In this document: piece by piece, positions 29,477 through 38,987 of the stretch | Numbering within the stretch: the stretch's first letter is position 1 | How the letters are laid out: every line of letters starts with the position of its first letter | DNA from: Planctomycetota bacterium | Lineage (GTDB): Bacteria; Planctomycetota; B15-G4; JADJEK01 | NCBI GenBank assembly: GCA_044225365.1 | Contig: JBGAIQ010000016.1 | Span: 56,633-120,632 of the forward strand | Direction of reading: 5' to 3' | DNA: 64,000 nucleotides | Position numbers and translations under genes: made by a program | The notes under the pieces: generated by a model | Database searches by the model: none | The model's input: only the letters and a program-made list of their open reading frames with translations | What the model was told of the DNA's origin: nothing

Positions 29477-31468
29477 ATGACGACACTGATCGAGACCTCC
29501 GCCGATGGCAAACGAGTCGTTCGACTCGACCCAGCCCGCCGCGTCCTGTTCCTATTCAAGGACGTCGCGAAGATCAGAGCGCAGCTCGCGGGGGCGACCA
29601 CCTACAAGATGTCGGAGATCGATCCGAAGGATCTCCTCGACGACATCAACACCGACGTCATGACCCCGGCCTGGGTGTGCTTCCGGCATCGCCCGGAGGA
29701 CATTGCGCTCGACGCCTACGCCGGCCTGCTCGATCCGTCCGGCCAGCGCGTCTTCGGCACGCGCGCCCTGATGGACGGCAAGTTCCAGGCGATCGTCTCG
29801 GGTCAGCGCAAGGGCACGGGCAGCAGTCGCGAGACCGCGCCGCAGTGCGAGAAGTGGAGCGGCATCGAACTCGTGATCGCCCACTCGTTCGCGCCGATTC
29901 ACGCGCTGAACAACGTCAATCTCGGCCAGCTCATGGGAACGTACGAGCAACTCGTGCGACTCGAGCGCGGCGATTCGATCCCTCTCTCCGAGTTCACGGG
30001 TCGCTTCGACCCCGTGACCCGAGCGGTCCTCGAGTGCGGAGGACTGTTCCGTTTCAGCGCGGCCTACCAGTCCGGCGCGGTGAAGGTGGCGGCGCCGACC
30101 ACGGGCAAGCGACCGATGAACATCGCGGAGAAACAACTCTTCGCACACCTCGTGAATCGCGGCTCGGCGCAAGCGGTTCGCCCGGGCGACACCTGCCTCG
30201 TGCGGGTCGACGGCGGCTACAGCCACGAGTTCACGACGGCGCAGGTGCACCACTTCCTGCAGCTCGAGTACGGCAAGGACTACAGAGTCCAGGATCCGAG
30301 CAAGTTCGCCGTGTTCGAGGACCACCTGATCTACGCCGATGGCGTGAAGCGCATGCAACCGTTCGCGCCGCAGATCCAGACCCTGCGCGATATGCAGCGC
30401 GCGTTCCAGAAGCACACGGGCGTGCGCGACTACTCCGCGAAGGACGGCGTCTCGCCCGGCATCTGTCATCAGATCGCGCGGGAGGAATTCATCGATCCCG
30501 GCGACTTCATCCAGGCAACGGATTCGCACACCTGCATGGGCGGAGCATCGAATGCCTTGACGTGGGGCGTCGGCGCGACGGAGTACGCCGCGCTCATCTA
30601 CTCGGGCTTCACGTTCGTGCGCGTGCCCGAGTCGATCCGCTTCGAACTCGTCGGCAGCCTGCAGTCGGGGGTCACTGCGAAGGACGTCATCCTCTACATC
30701 CTGAAGCACTTCGCCACGAAAGAGCTCACGCTCGATCGCGTGATGGAGTTCGGTGGGCCCGGGCTCACGTCGCTCGACGTCGACGAGCGCGCGACGCTCA
30801 CGAACATGGCGACGGAGTGCACCGCGAAGACGGGCATCTGCGAGGGCGATGGCCGACTCGCGGAGTGGCTCGCGGAGCGAAGGCCCGGCAAGACCGCGGC
30901 GGAGATCGCGAAGACGTTCACGTCGCCCGATCCCGGCGCCGAGTATGCGGGCGGGGTCCACGCGATCGACCTCGGGACGATCGAGCCGATGGTGGCGACG
31001 CCCGGCGATCCGACCTACGGCGAGTCGATCCGGTCGCTCGACGCGGTGAAGATCGACATCGCGTACGCGGGTTCGTGCACCGCCGGCAAGGAGCGGGATC
31101 TCGACTTCTACGCCGAGGTGTTGAAGGATGCCGCCGAGTCCGGTCGCCGAGTCGCACCCGGCGTTCGCATGCTGATCCAATTCGGCAGCGAAGCGGTTCG
31201 GGAGTACGCGCGCGAGCGGGGTTACCTCGACGTGTTCTCGAAGACCGGCGTCGAGATCATCCCGCCAGGGTGCGGGGCATGCATCGGCTGCGGGCCCGGC
31301 GTCTCCGAGAGCAAGGACCAAGTCACGGTCTCCGCGATCAATCGCAACTTCTCGGGTCGCAGCGGACCGGGACGTCTCTATCTTGCGTCGCCCCTCACGG
31401 TCGCTGCGAGCGCCATCGAGGGTAGGATCGCGAGCTACACTCCTGGCATGTTCGCCGCCCGGAAGTGA
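29477..31468 (+). CDS. Aconitase-family dehydratase, fused small (swivel) + large subunit (LeuD-LeuC-like)
   Basis: N-terminal DDINTDVMTP and GTGSSRE swivel motifs; then EDH, GICHQ, DSHTC, GSCT, GCGACIG, NRNFSGRSG, YLASP. Alternative ATG at 29459. Confidence 0.85.
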   Translation: MTTLIETSADGKRVVRLDPARRVLFLFKDVAKIRAQLAGATTYKMSEIDPKDLLDDINTDVMTPAWVCFRHRPEDIALDAYAGLLDPSGQRVFGTRALMDGKFQAIVSGQRKGTGSSRETAPQCEKWSGIELVIAHSFAPIHALNNVNLGQLMGTYEQLVRLERGDSIPLSEFTGRFDPVTRAVLECGGLFRFSAAYQSGAVKVAAPTTGKRPMNIAEKQLFAHLVNRGSAQAVRPGDTCLVRVDGGYSHEFTTAQVHHFLQLEYGKDYRVQDPSKFAVFEDHLIYADGVKRMQPFAPQIQTLRDMQRAFQKHTGVRDYSAKDGVSPGICHQIAREEFIDPGDFIQATDSHTCMGGASNALTWGVGATEYAALIYSGFTFVRVPESIRFELVGSLQSGVTAKDVILYILKHFATKELTLDRVMEFGGPGLTSLDVDERATLTNMATECTAKTGICEGDGRLAEWLAERRPGKTAAEIAKTFTSPDPGAEYAGGVHAIDLGTIEPMVATPGDPTYGESIRSLDAVKIDIAYAGSCTAGKERDLDFYAEVLKDAAESGRRVAPGVRMLIQFGSEAVREYARERGYLDVFSKTGVEIIPPGCGACIGCGPGVSESKDQVTVSAINRNFSGRSGPGRLYLASPLTVAASAIEGRIASYTPGMFAARK

Positions 31469-31504
31469 TCCCGACGAGCAAGACAGCGAGAGAACGACGA
31501 GGCC

Positions 31505-31909
31505 ATGTCCGAATCGCCCAACTCCACCCGCGTGACCGCCGGCATCTCCATCACGGCTGCGGCGCACTACCTCGCGCACGAGTCGTTGCCCGAGGAGAAG
31601 CAGTACGTCTTCGCCTACAAGATCGTGATCGAGAACCATGGCGACACCGCAGCGAAGCTGCTCGAGCGGCACTGGATCATCCTCGACGCCGACAACTCGC
31701 GCGACGACGTGGAGGGCCCCGGTGTCGTGGGCGAGACGCCGCGACTCGCTCCCGGTGAGAAGTTCGAGTACATGAGTGGCTGTCAGCTCCCGACTCCATG
31801 GGGCACCATGGAGGGGACCTACCTATTCCAGCGCGACGACGGCAGTCAGTTCCGCGCCCACATCGGGCGCTTCTTCCTCGTCGCTCCGCAACTGCTGAAG
31901 AAGTCTTGA
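31505..31909 (+). CDS. apaG: ApaG protein
   Basis: YVFAY.I.IEN, LLERHW.I.D, VEGPGVVGETP.L.PG, GTMEG.Y. Confidence 0.93.
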   Translation: MSESPNSTRVTAGISITAAAHYLAHESLPEEKQYVFAYKIVIENHGDTAAKLLERHWIILDADNSRDDVEGPGVVGETPRLAPGEKFEYMSGCQLPTPWGTMEGTYLFQRDDGSQFRAHIGRFFLVAPQLLKKS

Positions 31910-31913
31910 ATCC

Positions 31914-33008
31914 ATGGGTTTGAAATGTGGCATCGTCGGCCTGCCGAACGTCGGCAAGTCGACCCTCTTCAACGCACTCACGGAGTCCGCCGCCGCCGCG
32001 GCCGCGAACTACCCGTTCTGCACCATCGAACCGAATCTCGGTCAGGTGCCCGTTCCCGACGAGCGCCTCGCGGTGCTGGCGAAGCTGGCGGGCAGCAAGG
32101 AGATCATCCCGACGCAACTCGCGTTCGTCGACATCGCGGGTCTCGTGCGCGGTGCGAGCAAGGGTGAAGGTCTCGGCAACAAGTTCCTCGCACACATCCG
32201 CGAAGTCGATGCCGTGTTGCACGTGCTGCGATGCTTCGAGGATCCCGACGTCGTGCACGTCGAGGGCAAGATCGATCCTGTCTCGGACGCGCAGACGGTC
32301 GAGACCGAACTGATGCTCGCCGATCTCGAGAGCCTGCAGAAACGGCGCGAGAACATGGGCAAGAAGGTGCGCGGAGGCGACAAGGAAGCGATCGCGCAGA
32401 TCGCGATCATCGAGCGCGTGATCGAACGGCTCGAGAAGGGCTTGCCCGCGCGCGGAGTCGAACTCGCCGACGACGAGAAGAAGCTCTTCAAGGAACTGCA
32501 GCTCCTGACGAGCAAGCCCGTCCTGTTCGCATGCAACGTCGACGAGAAGTCGGCGGCGCACGGGAACAAGTTCTCCGCGGCGGTCGAGGCGATGGCGAAA
32601 GCGCGCGGCGCCGCGGCGGTCGTCATCTCCGCCGCGATCGAGGCCGAGGTCGCGCAGCTCAAGAACGACGAACGGGCGATGTTCCTGTCGGACCTCGGTC
32701 TTGCCGAGACCGGCCTGTCCCGGGTCGTGAAGTCGACCTATCAGCTCCTCGACCTCATCACGTTCTTCACGGTGGGCCCGAAGGAGACGCACGCCTGGAC
32801 GATCGTGCGCGGAACGCGCGCTCCGCAAGCGGCAGGCGTCATCCACACCGATTTCGAGAAGGGCTTCATCCGCAGCGAGACGATCGCGTACTCGGACTAC
32901 GTCGAGTTCGGTGGCGAAGTCGGGACTCGCGAGAAGGGCCGTATGCGGATGGAAGGCAAGGAATACGTGATGGCGGACGGCGACGTCGTCCACTTCCACT
33001 TCGCCTGA
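31914..33008 (+). CDS. ychF: Ribosome-binding ATPase YchF
   Basis: GIVGLPNVGKSTLFNALT, NYPFCTIEPN, DIAGLV.GASKGEGLGNKFL, AGVIHTDFEKGFI. Confidence 0.97.
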   Translation: MGLKCGIVGLPNVGKSTLFNALTESAAAAAANYPFCTIEPNLGQVPVPDERLAVLAKLAGSKEIIPTQLAFVDIAGLVRGASKGEGLGNKFLAHIREVDAVLHVLRCFEDPDVVHVEGKIDPVSDAQTVETELMLADLESLQKRRENMGKKVRGGDKEAIAQIAIIERVIERLEKGLPARGVELADDEKKLFKELQLLTSKPVLFACNVDEKSAAHGNKFSAAVEAMAKARGAAAVVISAAIEAEVAQLKNDERAMFLSDLGLAETGLSRVVKSTYQLLDLITFFTVGPKETHAWTIVRGTRAPQAAGVIHTDFEKGFIRSETIAYSDYVEFGGEVGTREKGRMRMEGKEYVMADGDVVHFHFA

Positions 33009-33028
33009 TCGCCCCCAAGAAGCGAGAA

Positions 33029-33063
33029 CGCCGGACGACTCGCAGTTTGCGAATCGTCCGGCG
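33029..33063 (-). terminator. Hairpin between convergent genes, probable intrinsic terminator
   Basis: 16-bp arms cgccggacgactcgca / tgcgaatcgtccggcg, 3-nt loop. The single mismatch is a G-U pair on the - strand, followed by a pyrimidine-rich tail. Confidence 0.65.
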
Positions 33064-33098
33064 CGCGAGACGAGGCTCGATCGCGAATCCCGACTCGA

Positions 33099-35099
33099 TC
33101 AGTGATCGCCGTCGTCGTCCTCGTCCTCGTCGTCGTCCTCATCCTCGTCGTCCTTCTTCGCCGGCTTCTTGTGCTTCATGTCCTTGACGCCCGCGCGCGC
33201 CGCCGGCTTGGGACCCGCGTGTTCGTGTCGCTCGATCAGGTTCGCGGCGACACCGAGGCCGAGGATGCCGGTCGGAGAGAACGCGTCGAGCGAGAGGCCC
33301 TCGTCGTCGCAATGGATGGCGATCGCCACGCTCTTCAAGTACTGAGCGATCGTCTCGCCGGTTGGGAGTTGGGCGGCATCGAGCGGCAATCCGGACTCTT
33401 GTAGGAGTGCGGGGATCGCGGCGCTGCCCGTCTCGTAGGCGATGGGGATCGTCTTCTGCAGATCGAGGTGGACCCAGATCGCGGCGGACTCCGGAGCGCA
33501 ACCCGCGAGCCCCCGGCGCAGCGCGGCGAATCCGGCATCGTCCTTCAGCGTCTTCTCCTGGCGAGCGCCCTTCGCGATGTAGGCCTTCAGCGCGGGGCCG
33601 GAGATCGCGCCGACCAGTCGATCGTTCAGCACCGCGAATGCGGGTTGGACCGGTGCACCCTGCATCGCGACGGAGAAGCCCTCGATGTTGTTCGCGCCAT
33701 CCGCGATCATCAGCGGACGAATGAGGACACCCTGCTCGGCGGCCTGCGACTTGGCGAAATCGAGGAGCTTCTGGAAGCGCTTGGCGTCGCGCAACTCGAG
33801 GATGAAGACGGCGTCGGGGATGAAGCCGACCTTCGGAACTCCGAGAGCGATCGAGACCTCACCGCCGAACGTCGGGACGATGTCGTTCAGCAGATTGAAC
33901 TCGCCGACGTTGAGCTTCTTCATCTCCTTGTCGATGAGATCCGATTCGGTGGGCGCGAGCGTCTTGGTCTCCTCGCGAGTGATCGCGACGAGCTTCTCGA
34001 TGTCGAAGTGGAGTCCCGCGAAGAACGCGGTATTGCCCGGCGCGGAATCGAGCGACTTGAAGCCACCGCCGAGCGCCTTGAACGGGGCGAGCAGACCGTG
34101 CGGTGGGCCGTCGAATCCGATCAGCATCGATTCGCGGACTCCGCCTTCGACGAAGGAGATGCCCGTCGCGATTCCGCGGAGCGTGTCGATACCGAGGATC
34201 TGCGCTTCCTCGAGGGCGATCGGTGGGATGAGCGAGCGGAACGAGGAGAGCGCACCTTTCACGTCGAGCATCACGAACGCGGCGGTGTCGCCCGCGGTGA
34301 CCCGTGACTTGAAGCTCTGGTAGGTCTTGGAATCGGCGAGCGATCCCTTCGCACCCTGTGTGCCGCGTCCGGTGAGCGCGGCTTCGAACGTCCGTTTCAC
34401 ACCGCCGATCGTCCAACGATCGCCGGAGAGATCGGCGTAGAAGCGGGTGTGCTTGTGGTCGGGGAAGTCGACGTCGATCACGGTCACGTCGTGACCTTGC
34501 AGTTCGGAGTGGCCGATCCGAAGCTCGGGCGGCGGGGCCGCGAGCCAGTCGTTCACGAGTTGCTTCAGCGACGGACCCGGTTCGAGGGAGAGGATTCCAT
34601 CGAGGAGGAACCAAGTGTCCGTCGCGTGAGCGCTCGGCGCCGCGCTTTCGTTCGGTTCGTCGCCCTCGTCGAGATCGCTGAGGGCGATCATCCGGTGCAG
34701 CAGCATCGCGGAGAGCGGATGTTCGGCCGAGAGCCGCATCGTTTCCTTCTCCGGGCCGCCGATCGCGAATTCGAGACCGGAGATGCCGATCGTCGCGCGA
34801 CCTCGGATCCACTCGTCGGTCGGGAGCTGCTTGAGAGCCGAGCCGACGGGATCCGCGGGATCGATGCCGTGCATCGAATCGAGCACGGGCTTCAGGAACG
34901 CAGCGACCTCGGCGTCGTGCAGCAGCTTCGCGAGATCGAGGTTCGCGAGTCCGCGCTGGGCAGCGCCGACATCGACCGAAGCATAGAAAAAGGTTTCGGC
35001 GGGCATCGCCTGCGCGACCGCATCACCGGGTCGGCAAAGAGCGAGCGGAGTCGCCATTGTGAACAGCGCCATCGCGGCGCAGGAGGACGAGCGAATCAT
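33099..35099 (-). CDS. Hypothetical exported protein (about 666 aa) with Lys-rich then acidic tail
   Basis: ATG 35099 after AGGAG; signal-like N-terminus; typical codon usage; tail KHKKPAKKDDEDEDDDEDEDDDGDH. The upstream part of the track ORF (to 36422) is a shadow. Confidence 0.7.
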   Translation of the reverse strand: MIRSSSCAAMALFTMATPLALCRPGDAVAQAMPAETFFYASVDVGAAQRGLANLDLAKLLHDAEVAAFLKPVLDSMHGIDPADPVGSALKQLPTDEWIRGRATIGISGLEFAIGGPEKETMRLSAEHPLSAMLLHRMIALSDLDEGDEPNESAAPSAHATDTWFLLDGILSLEPGPSLKQLVNDWLAAPPPELRIGHSELQGHDVTVIDVDFPDHKHTRFYADLSGDRWTIGGVKRTFEAALTGRGTQGAKGSLADSKTYQSFKSRVTAGDTAAFVMLDVKGALSSFRSLIPPIALEEAQILGIDTLRGIATGISFVEGGVRESMLIGFDGPPHGLLAPFKALGGGFKSLDSAPGNTAFFAGLHFDIEKLVAITREETKTLAPTESDLIDKEMKKLNVGEFNLLNDIVPTFGGEVSIALGVPKVGFIPDAVFILELRDAKRFQKLLDFAKSQAAEQGVLIRPLMIADGANNIEGFSVAMQGAPVQPAFAVLNDRLVGAISGPALKAYIAKGARQEKTLKDDAGFAALRRGLAGCAPESAAIWVHLDLQKTIPIAYETGSAAIPALLQESGLPLDAAQLPTGETIAQYLKSVAIAIHCDDEGLSLDAFSPTGILGLGVAANLIERHEHAGPKPAARAGVKDMKHKKPAKKDDEDEDDDEDEDDDGDH

Positions 35100-35636
35100 G
35101 AGATCTCCTGGATCGTGAATCGACGGACGGGGAGACGGCGAATCGAGATCGAGAGGGCGTGGGTCACTTCCGTAGCGATCGAGGACCACCCGCGTTCGAG
35201 CTCGTCGGAGGGGAAACGCCGGGACTTCGCGTTCGGTTCCGGACGGGCGAAGAAGAACTCGCGCTGCAACCGGAATCGGTTCTCGTGCTTGCTCGCCGCG
35301 TGGCTCGGGACGGTGGAAGTTGCGACCGGCTCGCTCTTTGTGTCGCCTTTGCGAGAAGACCAAGCGACACGGAATTCGCAGCAGAATCCGTGCCCTGGTG
35401 CCCGTCCTTTCCGGACTCGATGGAGCGACCGAAGACAATCTCCATCCGAGCGAACCGATGGAGTCCTTCCTCGCCCTCACTTCCATGCTCGAGGCGGCTG
35501 AAGGCGCCTCGATCGCCGTACGAAACTGCGACCGCCTCGGATCCTCGAATCGCCCTTGCGCGAGAAACCCGGGCTTTCGACCGTGGGCTTTGGTGAGCGG
35601 CGGGGCTCTCCTCATCATCTCGATCCAGGAGGAGTC

Positions 35637-36539
35637 ATGATCGTGCGATGCCGAATCCCCAAACGTGTTGCGTTCCGTGCTGCTGCGATCCTCGTCCCGC
35701 TTTGCGCCTACGTCGACACTACTTCGGCCGCGGCGAGCGACCCGCCCCCGGCCGTGGCGACGATGAATCCGCCGCTCTGGATCGGCTGTGATCTCTTCAC
35801 CGGCGACTCCCAGTGGGTGACCTCGATCCCGACGATCGCATTCGATGGATGCAGTTCCGGGGCGGCCACGAAGCTCGAATTCAAGGCAACGAATGAAGGG
35901 GGCGGCGAGCAGGTCCTGTGGACCGCGAACAACTGCAGCTACGTCGCGGGGACTACCATCTTCTACTTCACGCTCGATCAAGCGATCTTCCCGGTGTACA
36001 CGTCCATCTCGATCCGCTACGACCAGGTTGGGGGGCCCGGCCCGTTGTCGAATGACGTTTACACGCTCACGCAACCGGGCGCGCCCATCGTCTTCACGAA
36101 CGATTTGCACGATACGAACCCGGATCTCGCCTGCGGCGACAGCTTGACCCTCGAACCGCCGACCTCGTACGAGTTCGCGGAGGCATGGATGTGGGGGAAG
36201 TGGGTAGGTTCTCACTTCGTTCCGCTCCAGATCTTCCACACTCCGACGCCCGGACCTTTCACGATCTCCAATGCACACTCCAGCGATGCTGGAACCTACG
36301 TCTGCTCGGCGATCGTTTCGATCGGCGGAGGTTGTCACCTGCTGACGAGTCCGCTGCATCCCCTGTTCCTCTCCACACCGCTCGGCGGGAGCGGAGCCGG
36401 TGCGGGCTCGTTCATCTTCCAACCGACGATTCCCGCCGATGCTCCATCGGTCACCGTATTCCTCCAGGCCTTCGTGACCGATCCTGGTTCGATCCTCGGG
36501 TACTCGGCGAGCAACGGCGTGCGAGTCAAGATGCAGTAG
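35637..36539 (+). CDS. Hypothetical exported protein with Ig-like segment and conserved C-terminal motif
   Basis: ATG 35637 after AGGAGG; signal-like N-terminus; FTISNA.SSDAGTYVC (Ig-like); ends QAFVTDPGSILGYSASNGVRVKMQ. Confidence 0.7.
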   Translation: MIVRCRIPKRVAFRAAAILVPLCAYVDTTSAAASDPPPAVATMNPPLWIGCDLFTGDSQWVTSIPTIAFDGCSSGAATKLEFKATNEGGGEQVLWTANNCSYVAGTTIFYFTLDQAIFPVYTSISIRYDQVGGPGPLSNDVYTLTQPGAPIVFTNDLHDTNPDLACGDSLTLEPPTSYEFAEAWMWGKWVGSHFVPLQIFHTPTPGPFTISNAHSSDAGTYVCSAIVSIGGGCHLLTSPLHPLFLSTPLGGSGAGAGSFIFQPTIPADAPSVTVFLQAFVTDPGSILGYSASNGVRVKMQ

Positions 36540-36657
36540 ACGACGAACGATCGCCTTGGCGGTGGAGTCGAGGCGCGTTCATGGGATTCTGCGAGCGTCC
36601 TCGCCACCATTGCTACGATTCGCGACCTCGACACCGTCCTCTTTCGAAGTTCGGCCC

Positions 36658-37182
36658 ATGACCGTGAAGCGCGATGAACAGGGCAATGGCGATTCGCAAC
36701 GGGCCGGACCCGCCTGGTACCGCGATGGAATTCGCTTCGAGTGCGGCCAATGCGGAAACTGCTGCACCGGACAGAGCGGCCGGGTGTGGTTCGGCTCGGA
36801 CGAACTCGTAGCGATGGCCTCGCACCTTGGACTCCTGCCTTTCGAATTCACCGAGCGATACACGCGGCGGATCGAAGGTCGGCCGTCGCTCACCGAGGTC
36901 GAGCGCGCGCCCGGTCGATTCGACTGCGTCTTTCTCCGCTTCGAGGGCAAGAAGGCGACCTGCGCGATCCATGCCGTGAAGCCGCGCCAGTGCCGCACGT
37001 TTCCATTCTGGCCAGAGCATCTGCTGTCGGCGACCCGCTTCGAGAGTGCGATCCGCCACTGCGAGGGGGCGCAAGCGGCGAAGAGCGACAAGACGGCTCG
37101 GCATTATCGTCCGCACGAGATCGAGCAGCTCGCGCGCGAGAGCGGCGAGGTGGACACGATTGGGTCGCCCGAACGCGAGTGA
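36658..37182 (+). CDS. YkgJ-family cysteine-cluster (CxxCxxCC) protein
   Basis: WY.DGIRFECGQCGNCC, CVFL, CAIH.VKPRQCRTFPFW. Confidence 0.88.
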   Translation: MTVKRDEQGNGDSQRAGPAWYRDGIRFECGQCGNCCTGQSGRVWFGSDELVAMASHLGLLPFEFTERYTRRIEGRPSLTEVERAPGRFDCVFLRFEGKKATCAIHAVKPRQCRTFPFWPEHLLSATRFESAIRHCEGAQAAKSDKTARHYRPHEIEQLARESGEVDTIGSPERE

Positions 37183-37313
37183 CCAACGCGGCGGGCTTCG
37201 TGGGTGTCCCGCCGAAGAATCCTGAAAGTAGTGGGCCGGTCCGAGGCGCCTCCTGGATCCCTCCGGTGTCACGCAAGATCGCGTGGCGAAACGAATTCAA
37301 CCGGAGAAAAGCC

Positions 37314-38927
37314 ATGGTCCGCTCATCGCTCGCTCTCGCAACGCTTTCCCTCGCTTCGATGACTCTTGCGTCGCTGCATGCGGGCGACACGTTCTACTCG
37401 CTCGATGGTCCCTCCGCCGACGCGTTCTTCGGGGGCTCGATCGCAACTGGCGACCTCGACGCCGACGGAATCAAGGACCTCGTCATCGGCGCTCCGAACC
37501 CGCTGACGATGACGGGCCTGACGCGCGTCTACTCGGGTCGCACTGGTGCGCAGTTGTTCGCCCTCTCCTTCGCGCAGGGTTCGGGCGTCAGCGTGGCGAG
37601 CGGCGGCGATCTCGATGGCGACGGTCACGATGACTTCGTGATCTCCGGCGACGGATTCGCCCGCGTTCGCTCCGGCGCCACGGGAAACAGCCTGTGGATC
37701 GTCGCGAACGAAGGTTTCGACGATCGCGTCGCGATCCTGCGCGACGTCGATCTCGACGGTTTCGACGACGTCGTCGTGGCCTCGCCGAACGCCGATGTCC
37801 CCGGCACGGTCGATGCCGGTGTCGTTCGCATCTACTCGGGCAAGACGGGAGGAATCCTCTCCGCCATCTGGGGGGACTTCGCGTTCCAGCATCTCGGGAC
37901 CACGATCGCGAACGCCGGTGATGTCAACAAGGACGGCCGCGAGGATCTCCTCTTGACCTCGAGGAGCTTCAACGGATCGCCCGCCGTCCATGTCGTCGCG
38001 GGAGGATTGAACTCCATCATCAAGACGATTCCGGCGCCGGCCGGCGCGTCTCTCTACTTCGGTTCCTCGCTCGCGGGCGGCAGCGACTTCAATCTCGACG
38101 GCTACGACGACATCGTGGTCGGCGACGTCGCGTACCACGCGCCGGGGTCGGGCGGAAACGGTCGTGTCCACGTCTACTCGGGTCTCAATCTGCAGCCGCT
38201 CCTCACGATGACCGGCCCCGCGAACGCGGAATCCGGTGTGGCGGTCGCGTGCATCAAGGACGTGGAGGGCGACGGCAGGGACGACATCGCGATCAGTGCT
38301 CCGGCCCTCGTGAGTTCCGTGGGCGGTCAGAGTCTGAAGGGCCGCGTTCAGGTCGTCTCCGGCGTGAATGGCGCGGTGCTCCGCACCTGGTACGGTCCCG
38401 ATGCGGTCGGTATCGGATACGGATCGCAGTTGGCGGCGATCGAACTCGGCCACGATTCCCAGGGTGATCTCGTGATCTGTGATCCGACGGCGAAGACCGC
38501 GCTCGGCGATACCGGTCGCGTCACGATCCACTCCGGAGACTCGAAGATCGGTGGCTGGAGCAATTACGGAACGGGGTTCGCCGGTGCGCTCGGCGTCCCG
38601 TCCCTCACCGTGAGCGGACCACTCGCAATCTGTGAGCCGAGCACCCTCTCGCTCGCGAACAGCAACGGGACCAACGCGCTGTCCGGACTGTTCTTCATCG
38701 GTAGCTCACTCCTCGATCTCCAGACGGGTTACGGCGGCAAGCTCCTGGTCGTCCCGGTGACGGTGGTCCCGGTCGTCATCCCGACGAGCGGCCTCAACGT
38801 TCCGTTCACGGTCTGCGACACGCTCCTGCTCGGAACCCAGTTCCGCCTGCAGGCTGTCGAGTTCGACCCGTCGGCGGCGAAGGGAGTGTCCTTCTCGCGA
38901 GGCCTCGCGATCACGCTCGGTCTGTGA
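37314..38927 (+). CDS. Exported FG-GAP (integrin-alpha-like propeller) repeat protein with C-terminal domain
   Basis: ATG 37314 after GGAG; signal; repeated FG…GD.D.DG..D..IGAP…G.V.VYSG units; ends QAVEFDPSAAKGVSFSRGLAITLGL. Confidence 0.88.
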   Translation: MVRSSLALATLSLASMTLASLHAGDTFYSLDGPSADAFFGGSIATGDLDADGIKDLVIGAPNPLTMTGLTRVYSGRTGAQLFALSFAQGSGVSVASGGDLDGDGHDDFVISGDGFARVRSGATGNSLWIVANEGFDDRVAILRDVDLDGFDDVVVASPNADVPGTVDAGVVRIYSGKTGGILSAIWGDFAFQHLGTTIANAGDVNKDGREDLLLTSRSFNGSPAVHVVAGGLNSIIKTIPAPAGASLYFGSSLAGGSDFNLDGYDDIVVGDVAYHAPGSGGNGRVHVYSGLNLQPLLTMTGPANAESGVAVACIKDVEGDGRDDIAISAPALVSSVGGQSLKGRVQVVSGVNGAVLRTWYGPDAVGIGYGSQLAAIELGHDSQGDLVICDPTAKTALGDTGRVTIHSGDSKIGGWSNYGTGFAGALGVPSLTVSGPLAICEPSTLSLANSNGTNALSGLFFIGSSLLDLQTGYGGKLLVVPVTVVPVVIPTSGLNVPFTVCDTLLLGTQFRLQAVEFDPSAAKGVSFSRGLAITLGL

Positions 38928-38987
38928 TCGGCTCGACCGGAACATCCCCGCGGCGCGTGGGCCGGAAGGCTCGCCGCCGCGGTGGCA

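Noticed and set aside
35100-35636. Small ORFs (e.g. 35164-35445 on -) or an RNA gene in the 540-bp intergenic gap
   Set aside because: The translations are Ser/Arg-rich with no motifs and no convincing structure; most likely divergent promoter DNA.
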